A stretch of DNA of 43,807 bases, filler included, from Jimgerdemannia flammicorona (Eukaryota): assembly GCA_003990765.1 (NCBI GenBank). It is 2 parts of 2 records of this genome, joined end to end, with 100 filler letters (N's around TTAATTAATTAA, not from the genome) between each part and the next. Parts side by side here need not be neighbours in the genome. Positions count along the whole stretch, not along the records: positions 21,958 to 43,807 come from RBNJ01001381.1; 1 more part is not named here. One strand, written 5' to 3'. How positions within the stretch are numbered: the first letter of the stretch is position 1; every line of letters begins with the position of its first letter. Below the pieces are notes generated by a model. That model made no database searches. It was not told the origin of the DNA and saw only the letters and a program-made list of their open reading frames with translations. This document shows, one piece after another, positions 34,929-43,807 of this stretch. The translations under genes were made by a program, and so were the position numbers.

Positions 34929-35830
34929 CATGGCAAGTCAAGAATCATCAAGCTCAGAAAGGTTGAAGAGGGGAGAATATGGTCTTGGATTTCTAAGGAG
35001 CTATGCAGCTGCTGCTTAAAGGGGAGGTACTAGGGGAGGTGGAGGAAGAGTGGGAACTAAGGCAGATGCAGGTGGATAGACAACTGTTGGCAGAGGATAG
35101 GAGAGCTCAGTTGGGACTCTAGGGGCAGCTGGAGGGGAGCATAGTATTGACAGAGAGGGCAGTTGGGTGATGAATCAGGTGACTGGCAGAGGCCAGAGAT
35201 AGAGGGGTGACTGGCAATTCAGTAGCTGAGCAGAACTGGAGAACTGGTGGTGAGACCCTTCTTACATAAATTGATCTTGATGTAGGCAATTTCAGCAAAT
35301 TTTCTAGGGCTCAGATTATCAGTCAGAAAAGTACTAAAGACAGTTGGTGAAAGAGTAGAGGGTGCAGAGTCATTGAAGTTCATCACTTTGGCAGAAGCAG
35401 TTGAAATTGGATTTGTAGAGGAGGGGAAAATAGTATCAGTACTTGAGAAAGAACTTATAGTTAATGGGGTCAAGATTGATATGGCAAGATGTCTGAGGTG
35501 GGACCCATGTGCAGTCCATCTGGTGATTGAAGGTGTCCCTACTCTGGGGAGGCAAAAAACAAAGGAGCTGATTGTAGCAGAAATGACAAAGTATGGAGAG
35601 ATGGTGGACTTTGGGTTCATGTTCTAAGAGAGTACAAAGTTGCAGAATGGCATATGTGAGGTAATGGTGTGGGTGGAAGGACAGGAGGTAATGGGTCAGA
35701 AGAAGGACTAGCCTGAGGTGATCTACATTGCTGAGCAGGAGTGCAAAGTCTGGAGGAGGAAAGGAGCTGAGAATGAGGAGAACAAACTGATAATGGCTCT
35801 TAAAGACTATGCAACTGCAAGGAGGCCAGA
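34929..35830 (+). mobile_element. Divergent LINE ORF1 fragment (LINE-D), 3'-truncated
   Basis: ARCLRWDPCAVHLVIEGVPT..YGEMVDFGF aligns to LINE-A ORF1 RYLRWDPRVVQLLVKGVPT..YGNVVDIGF. CpG-depleted. Confidence 0.82.
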
Positions 35831-36154
35831 AAAAGAAGATGGGAGGAATACTTTAACCCTTAGTCTGTAGTTTTATTAACTTTACTAAAAGTATATAGAA
35901 ATATTAATCTTAATTTTTAAATAATAATAATTGATCATATTAACTTGCACAATATCAAATATTTCCTAATTTAGTATTAGTTTATTTATTTTTAATTCAT
36001 TATATATAAACTACATATGCTACAAATCACAAGCCAAAAGTGCAAGCCACAATAGCAGGTGGCAACGGCAGGCCAGGTCATAACCACAAGCAATCGTGAT
36101 TGATATACTGTGACACGTGCCTAACATAATGGATGCAAAAGACAATGTAACAGG

Positions 36155-36290
36155 CGATGACATACAAATGATGACATACAAATGACGACATACAAACAAT
36201 GACATATGAATGATGACATACGAATGATGACATATGAATGACAACATAACGAATGATGACATAATGAACAATGGCATAATGAACACTTAT
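36155..36290. repeat. Degenerate 12-14-bp tandem repeat (ATGACATA core)
   Basis: gatgacatacaaat variants, ~9 copies. Confidence 0.8.
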
Positions 36291-36379
36291 AATAGCCAAT
36301 GTATAAAATATAGTGTGACTATAGCAATTACTGTACAACTTGTATAAATAACTCAGATAGCCCTATTAGGAAACATTCT

Positions 36380-36460
36380 GAACCCCCAAGGTTTCAAACC
36401 TCCAAGGTTCCAAACCCCCAAGGTTTCAAACCTCCAAGGTTCCAAACCCTCAGGGTTCGA
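36380..36460. repeat. 15-bp tandem repeat (AAACCYCCAAGGTTY, ~5 copies)
   Basis: Directly visible; each unit is bracketed by AACC/GGTT. Confidence 0.88.
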
Positions 36461-37388
36461 TTTTCCAAGTTACAGATCATAAATAGCCTTACTGCGCATT
36501 TTATAATTAGCCAGATAGCAACCAAGGTAGCAACCACAAATGTATAAAATACCCCAGAGATTAGAGTGAATAAAACCTCAGTCCAAAATTGCAAACACAT
36601 TTCTACTCCAGTCCACTTTCTGATACAAAGAAGAGTCTGAATTTGAAAAGCAAAAGCCAATTGCCTGGTACACTTAGGAGAAATGCCTGCCAAAAGCCAC
36701 TTGATCCTAAAGATTGGATTGCAACACTTAGGAGATATGCCTGCCAATGAGCCACTGCCAAGAATTGTGAGCATCATTCCACTCCGGTCCACTTTCTGAT
36801 ACAAAGCCTGTTCGTGGCCCAAGTTTGAGGGAAGAACTTCACCACCTTTTGGTCTGCTTACCCGAATAAGCCTGAAGAGTGCCGCCCTTTTTGGTACACT
36901 TGCCAGATAAGCCTGAAATCCACCAAGTTCGAGTAAAGAACTTCACCACCTTTTATCATGCAACAAACGTAGATTGTACCTGAGCGATCAGAGAACCTGA
37001 ACAATCACAGAAAACCGAGTCACGCAAACAATATAGAATCCAAACGATCATAGAAAACAAGTCATGCGAACCAGAGAACATGCACGATTAAGGATAAAAC
37101 GACAAATTCATACAACCGCTGAGTCACACGAATCAGAGAATGCATACAAACGACAAATTTGTACAACTGCCGAGTCACATGAAATCACCCATATCTCAAG
37201 AATGCCACCAAATTAGGAAATCGCTCACAGAGATCTCCAGCTATTGAATATTATACTGCTAAATGCCAGAACTAGACCAACATATCTGAACATTTTGTTG
37301 TTTTTTGACAAAGTAACTGAGGGCTTAAGCCAATCTACACAGCCATCCAACCTTGTAATTTGCCTCTATTGAGCCAGCATGTTACATT

Positions 37389-37405
37389 TGGGGGCTCAAC
37401 TGGGA
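37389..37405 (+). other. Primer-binding site of Gypsy-3 (tRNA-Pro type)
   Basis: TGGGGGCTCAACTGGGA, 2 nt after ...TTACA. The canonical tRNA-Pro PBS is TGGGGGCTCGTCCGGGA. Confidence 0.75.
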
Positions 37406-37425
37406 AGATTTTTCTCAAAATCTAC

Positions 37426-39876
37426 ATGACTTTCCAGCTCACAGAACTCAACCTTCAACCTGGAGACAAACACCACTGAAACCTTTGACACAGCACCAAT
37501 CTCAGCTACTACAGGAGAAGAAATCCCAGCACTACAAAGCATCTGGACAGGAAGAGACGTAATTACCTCCAGAATCGGATACCACTCAGCATCAGAAGGA
37601 TCTGAAGTTACAGGAGCCAGCACTGTACGAAATCCACCACCAACTCAGTCACCAAGCCCACAGCTTGTAAATACTCCAGAAGTAGCAGAAAATATACCAC
37701 CAAGAGAGCTGCACTCAATCTCTCAGACTCAGAATCAGAAATCGAAACAGAACCAGAAAGCAGTAATGATGAAATGGCAACACTACCCACATTTGCTGGA
37801 TACCCAGAAGAAGACCCAAGAGAATTCCTGAATACTATCGAAGGAATAGCAGTCTTAAGGAATCTACCAACACAAAGATTAATTGCTATCTTCAAGGTAC
37901 AATTAAGAGAACCTATCTTCATCAGGATAGCAAGTGATGCTACCACAGACCTAGGAGATACCATGATAAATGGAGACTTCGATGAGCAATATGTAGCCAT
38001 GCAACATTGGATTATCGAAAAGTATACAGGAAACAAAACCCACCACAAGGCTCAAAAATCCATTATGGGAATGAAGATGAACCTTGGAGAATCCCCAAGA
38101 GCATTCTTCACCAGAATCCAAAAGAGAATGCATGCTGCTGGATTCAATGCTGCCAATCAAGACATCATCGGTCCAATGACCTTCATGAATGGAATTCCAC
38201 CCAACATCACTCAACATGTCCGAACCCTGGGTATCAGAAGGCCAGAAGAACAAGTTGATGCTGCTCAAGGATATTTCGATGTCAAACAAGGGACCACTTG
38301 GACAGACAACAAGAAAGAAGACAAGGAGGACCTCCTGGTCAAGGCCTTATAAGGAATCCTTCAAGGAGAAACAAGGGGAGAAAAACCCACCAAAGAATAG
38401 AAGAAGGACAAGAATGAGATTCAAGACCTCAATTCGAAAGTGGACAGACTGGTTGGGCAAATAGAAAAGCTCACCTCACGCGAAAATCGGAATTACCAGC
38501 CAAGCTACCCACGCGAAAATCAGAATTTCCAGCCAAGATATCCACCATGTGAAAACCAGGATTACCAGAGAAATTACTTACATCCTGAAAGTCGAAACTA
38601 TCCTCCAAGAGATAGGGCACAAGTCCAATGCTACAAATGTGGACAGCAAGGACACTATGCCACCGAATGCAACAGCCAAGGTAGCTCAAGGAATTCCGAA
38701 CCACCAAATCGAAAAGACAACTACAACAAGAAGACAGAAGCTCACCCAGTTGAAGACTATGACCAGAGTGACAGTGATGAATACAGCGACCTAGACCTGT
38801 ACCCAGCCAAGGCCGAATACAGAGAAACAGTCTACCCCACAGAAAAAAGGAAGAGAGCAGTAGGCCATCCCAGAGTAGTAGGAAAACCACCCAAAAGAGC
38901 AAGCAGGAGAATCAAGGAGATGACTGAGCAAAAATCCGAAAGGAGAAAAAGAAGAAACCTACAAGAAAGGTCCTCAAGATATATGATCTAGGAGAAAATA
39001 TCCTGGCTCTCATTCGCCATGCAACTCGCCAAGGATGGATAGATGATGCCATCAATTTCATGGAAGTCCTGGACCCCACTGGAAAAAGAGGAATCAATTA
39101 TCTCTGAGACCCCTCTACTGGAACAAGATGGCCTCACCTAGACATCAGAGGCTGGAGATCCAAAGCCACAGGAGCCTCAACCCATGGACAGCCTACACTT
39201 GGCAAAAATATCACACAGTTCACCCTACTTCATCCCAATGCAATTCCATCCAAGAAAGCACACCAAGAAGATGTTGGCTATGACCTCAGTAGCATCTGAG
39301 ATACAGTCATAGGCCCTGGAAGTACAAAACTTATTGGCACTGGACTTGCCATATGACCACCAGAAGGGACATACATCCAATTGACCTCAAGATCAGGACT
39401 TGCAAAAGAAGGAATAACAACTGAAGGAGAAACCATAGATCCAGAATATACAGGTAAAATCAAGGTCATTCTAAGAAATGGAAGCAGTGAATGAACTCGA
39501 ATCAACAAAGGAGACAAAATCACACAAGCAGTCTTCCTCGAATACAAGACTCCTCAGCTACAGGAAGTACCCAAGCTCACTCAAGGTACCAGACAAACCA
39601 AAGGATTTGGAAGCTCAGACAAAAAGGAAGTGCATCTCCTTCAGGTCAATCGATTCAAAACAAATGCCCCTCAGCAAGTTTTCCGCCAGCCAGTAAAACT
39701 TCATAAGAACCTCATCCATGAGCCAGGAGAGTAGACTACTATCGAAATCTTTGCATCACTCGACTCCAGGAATCTCTTCTTTGAACCAAATGAAGAAATC
39801 CGAAATCTGCACATAGAGGGATACACATTCCCTGACAAGATGAATCCAGTACATTCCCGAGCAACCAACACAATGA
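37426..39876 (+). mobile_element. Gypsy-3 copy A internal region: gag with CCHC knuckle, 1.7-kb internal deletion, dUTPase; truncated at telomeric repeats
   Basis: LPTFAGYPEEDPREFL...MNLGESPRAF (37774-38352) and CYKCGQQGHYATEC (~38628-38670). Junction at 38914/38915 lacks the segment equivalent to 40426-42157. Confidence 0.85.
39212..39620 (+). pseudogene. dut: dUTPase domain, Gypsy-3 copy A
   Basis: [37 protein letters not shown]. Confidence 0.9.
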
Positions 39877-39900
39877 CCCTAACCCTAACCCTAACCCTAA
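39877..39900. repeat. Interstitial telomeric repeat (CCCTAA)4
   Basis: Four perfect units at the Gypsy-3A/LINE fragment junction. Confidence 0.9.
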
Positions 39901-40285
39901 TCCAGAAAAACTATTCTTCCATCAATATTTCGACTTTAACAGCCTTCAATGACATTTTGAACCCAAGCTGTACTATCCCAGATTAGGTGGCCATTCACAA
40001 ATCCTCTCTAGTCTCTACCAATAAAGTCTCTAATTTTTTTCTATAGATGTTATGCTAGTCAACATTCAGCAGCATTATCAGCTACCAATTTTTCCATATT
40101 CTCCTGTCCCCCTTATTCTTATATATTAGTGACACTAAACTCAATAGACTATTGTTCAATCAGTACTCATATTCCGATACTGCATTTATCATCTCCACTA
40201 ACTACCCCCCAAATTCCAGTCAGAACTCCTTTCAGAATTCTCAGGGTAGGCCATCCACACCTGGGGAGGATTCATTTTAGACATC
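39901..40285 (-). mobile_element. LINE reverse transcriptase fragment (LINE-E)
   Basis: Minus-strand translation SPGVDGLP*EF*...LVSLIYKNKGD..KNW*LIMLLNVD...FVNGHLIWDSTAWV...DGRIVFLD parallels LINE-A RT. Confidence 0.85.
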
Positions 40286-40290
40286 ACTCA

Positions 40291-42902
40291 AATACAGTGA
40301 CCTAGACCTGTACCCAGCCAAGGCCAAATACAGAGAAACAGTCTACCCCACAGAAAAAAGGAAGAGAGCAGTAGGCCGTCCCAGAGTAGTAGGAAAACCA
40401 CCCAAAAGAGCAAGCAGGAGAATCATTCAAGATGAAGATGAAGAAGAACAGGTTGATACACCTCCCCATTCCCCTTCACCCTTTGTCCCTGGAACTATCA
40501 TCAATGGAGAAAACCCTCTACTAGAATCTGCCGATAAAGAAATACAAGAAGAACCTGAATCAGAAGCCAGAATTCCAAAGCCCAAGAAGAAATATCTCCC
40601 AAAGACCATACCACGGGACATCTACAATGAGGCATGGAAGAAGATCCAAGAAGCCAAAATGGAGGTCCCCCTCCTGCAATTCCTGTAGTTGACATCAGCT
40701 GGAGTAAGGAACAAACTGCTGAGAACCACCAGATCCAGCACAGGAAGAGTTCCAATCCAAGAAGAACCAGCAATTCAATCTGCAGAAAGACATGTCAGCA
40801 CCTATCTGTATGGAGAAATCGGAGGCCAGAAGGTGAAAATTCTCATTGACACTAGAGCTGCTGTATGTGTCATTGCAAAGAAATTCCTAGACAACATTCA
40901 ATGGCCCATTGACGGACCATCCAGCCTCAGCATCATTGTAGCTGATGGAGCCCGAACTCAACCCCTGGGAGAAGTCCAAAACATCACCATCACCTTGGGA
41001 CACATCTAATTTGCCATACCCAAAGCTGTAGTAACAGAAGTAGTTACCTACGACATGATCCTTGGAACAAATTGGATGAAGGAAATGCATGCAGTTGTCG
41101 ACATTGGCCAACAGGTGCTCAAATTCGACTATAGAGGGAAGAAATACTGTATCAAGGTGACCAGCTTCGAACAGTCAAAGAAGAAGAAGAAGGTGACCAT
41201 CCAAGAAAAGTATGCCAGCAGCGAAGAATCCACTATAGAAGAAGAAGAGGAGGAATCCGAAAATGACAATGATCCAAGATTGCATCCACAAATCAACCTG
41301 ATAGAAGACAGGTCAGAAGACAATGTATGGGCCCAAGATACCATCCCAATCACCATTGGAGTCATTGCTGGAGAAGCCTGAGGATGCCCTACATGCCTCC
41401 AGAAATACAGATGCCCTGAACACAGCTCCAGGATCATTGGAATAAGAAAAAGCCCAGGCACAGCATGCCTTGAGTGCAGGAAGAAGAAGAAGAGATGTAG
41501 GCACACTATTCCAACCCCCAGAAACCATGTACAAATCGCTCCAAACCCTGAATCTGATGCTGCAGAAGTACAAGCCATCTGGGACCAACCATCCGAGGAA
41601 GAAGATATGTCCGAAACTGAAGGGCTCCCCAAAATCATTCCCTGGGATGATCCACATTGGACACCACCAGAAGGAGAAGACAATGAGCCATGGAACAATG
41701 AAGCAGGACCCAGTACACAACCAGCTATCCAAAGACCAGAAACAAACCAAGAAAAAGCCTTCAGAATCAGAAGATGTCAGCACTGAGTTGTTTTCCATTC
41801 ACCCAGAGACTACTGCTATGAATGCCACATACTGGATTAGCAACAGTGACATCCTGAACCAATGTCACCCGAGATAGTTGCGGAGGTCACCACATTTCAA
41901 TAAACCACTACTAGGCTTACCAAACAATGAAATGGAAGAGGATATGTCACCTATCAAGAGGTACATCCCCTTTCCACACTCCCAACCACCTATGATTCAG
42001 ATGGTTATCGGTTCCTCAAGCAAAAGAAAATAGAAGAAAGAAAACAGCACTCTCAAGCCATGGGACACTGTCATCATGGAAAGCATCTCAAATGCCAGGC
42101 CTGTCTATATGAAAAAGTCCACCTCAGCAAGGATGTAATTGTACACACACTCAAAAGAGGAGATGACCGAGCAAAAATCTGAAAGGAGAAAAAGAAGAAA
42201 CCTACAAGAAAGGTCCTCAAGATATATGATCTAGGAGAAAATATCCTGGCTCTCATTCGCCATGCAACTCGCCAAGGATGGATAGATGATGCCATCAATT
42301 TCATGGAAGTCCTGGACCCCACTGGAAAAAGAGAAATCAATTATCTCTAAGACCCCTCTACTGGAATAAGATGGCCTCACCTAGACATCAGAGGCTGGAG
42401 ATCCAAAGCCACAGGAGCCTCAACCCATGGACAGCCTACACTTGGCAAGAATATCACACAGTTCATCCTACTTCATCCCAATGCAATTCCACCCAAGAAA
42501 GCACACTAAGAAGATATTGGCTATGACCTCAGTAGCATCTGAGATACAGTCATAGGCCCTGGAAGTACAAAACTTATTGGCACTGGACTTGCCATGTGAC
42601 CACCAGAAGGGACATACATCCAATTGACCTCAAGATCAGGACTTGCAAAAGAAGGAATAACAACTGAAAGAGGAACCATAGATCCAGGATATACAGGTAA
42701 AATCAAGGTCATTCTAAGAAATGGAAGCAGTGAATGGACTCGAATCAACAAAGGAGACAAAATCACACAAGCAGTCTTCCTCGAATACAAGACTCCTCAG
42801 CTACAGGAAGTACCCAAGCTCACTCAAGGTACCAGACAAACCAAAGGATTTGGAAGCTCAGATAAAAAGGAAGTACATCTCCTTCAGGTCAATCGATTCA
42901 AA
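40291..42902 (+). mobile_element. Gypsy-3 copy B: end of gag, aspartic protease, Cys/His-rich insert, dUTPase (single frame); truncated at both ends
   Basis: 40291-40425 duplicates 38780-38914 and 42158-42902 duplicates 38915-39659. Protease ILIDTRAAV...DMILGTNW at ~40790-41130. Confidence 0.87.
42455..42863 (+). pseudogene. dut: dUTPase domain, Gypsy-3 copy B
   Basis: [37 protein letters not shown] (ORF 42624-42944). Confidence 0.92.
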
Positions 42903-43467
42903 CGAGCCCAAGAAAAACTTCCTCACTTTCACTCGCGTCGATAAGTCTGTTGTTCTTGATCTCAACACGAACGAAACCATAGGCGAGCTTCGCGCTAGGA
43001 TCCAGGAACATATTGAAAAAAAGGACAACGCCAAGGTTGGTTATATCAAGATTCGCGTCGGCGATCAAGTGTTACTTGCCAATGATGATGAAAAGCTTGT
43101 CGAAAGCTTCGCAGACAAGAAGGATGCTTGGCAAATTCGCCCCCTGTTCGAAGGAACTAAGGAACTCGAGGTGTTCGAGGAAGCTATGGCCAAAGCCAAC
43201 GCCGACGCCGACGGTAGTAATCCAAGTGTCGCCTTCATCAGCGTAGTATATAATCCACCAATATACGTTGACAATAGGAGGGAAATTCGTACCCAAGTGA
43301 TAAATGATCAGCGTGTTTTCCACACTTATGAGTCGTATACAATCAACGGCAATTTCTACCTCTCCAATGGCCAACCGTTATCCGCAATTGACGATTTTGG
43401 CGGCGGGAATTTTGGCGGCGGGTACTACCCAGATCCTATTTACAATTGGAACATCGGTTGGTATTGA
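42903..43467 (+). CDS. Host-like ORF with putative ubiquitin-like domain, lacking its own start (open frame extends to retroelement ATG at 42721)
   Basis: Abrupt switch to CpG-normal DNA at 42903. SVVLDLNTNETIGELRARIQEH...IKIRVGDQVLLANDDEKL resembles a beta-grasp/UBL pattern. Aromatic Gly-rich tail. Confidence 0.6.
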
Positions 43468-43807
43468 TGTATTACCGTTGTATTGAAGTACATTGTATTT
43501 GATAGCTTATAATGTACCGCTCATGTTTTGTTCTTTCGAAATGCATGCGTGCATAATTTTAAAATGTCCCCTATAAAACTTTTTGGATGAAAGAAAAAGA
43601 TATCTATTGCTATGTCTGGAACGTATTGTGCGGATAAATGCGTCGCCGAAAACGTGACTTCAAGAATGTCACTTTGGAATAATATTCACAAAGACTAGAA
43701 ACCAGGATAGATATTACAGTTGAGAAACATCTCAAAACGTACAAGTAATGAAACATGGCTATAAGGATATATATTCTGCCAAGAATACAAAAAAAAAAAA
43801 AAAACAA

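Larger units (their letters stand above)
36109..37386 (+). repeat. Putative long 5' LTR of Gypsy-3 (left boundary uncertain), rich in internal tandem repeats
   Basis: Ends ...CATGTTACA directly before the PBS. Candidate start is TGTGACACG (36109) or TGTAACA (36145). No second LTR in the window. Confidence 0.55.

Noticed and set aside
34442..34941. Short ORFs around the poly-A/(TA)n tract
   Set aside because: Low-complexity intergenic sequence with no coding signal.
36155..36460. Short repeat arrays as CRISPR-like loci (also 13496-13568 and 30031-30120)
   Set aside because: Head-to-tail units with no unique spacers, in a eukaryotic LTR context with no cas genes.

Overview
A eukaryotic, most likely fungal, transposon-dense region. 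An early-diverging Mucoromycota-type genome is a guess based on chromodomain Ty3/Gypsy elements, L1/Tx1-like LINEs, TTAGGG repeats and CpG-depleted repeats. About 80% of the window is nested, C-to-T-decayed retroelements. The non-LTR content is two near-full-length L1/Tx1-like LINEs, one internally deleted LINE and two LINE fragments. There are three different Ty3/Gypsy-type LTR families, and all carry a dUTPase. Gypsy-1 (5853-15175, minus) has 2.1-kb LTRs that contain a decayed ~365-codon ORF. Gypsy-2 (15697-21728, minus) is complete, with 403-bp LTRs and a CTGTG target-site duplication. Gypsy-3 (~36100-42900, plus) is present as two partial copies, has a tRNA-Pro-type PBS and places dUTPase after the protease. 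Three CpG-normal islands hold host-like genes: a Dabb barrel protein; a small zinc-ribbon ORF, a coiled-coil gene and an F-box/LRR gene; and a ubiquitin-like-domain ORF fused to a retroelement end. A 100-bp artificial linker at 21858-21957 means adjacency across it is unproven. The best candidate for a novel system is Gypsy-1, a chromodomain retrotransposon that combines gag-dUTPase-protease order with an LTR(U3)-encoded accessory protein, architecturally parallel to MMTV.
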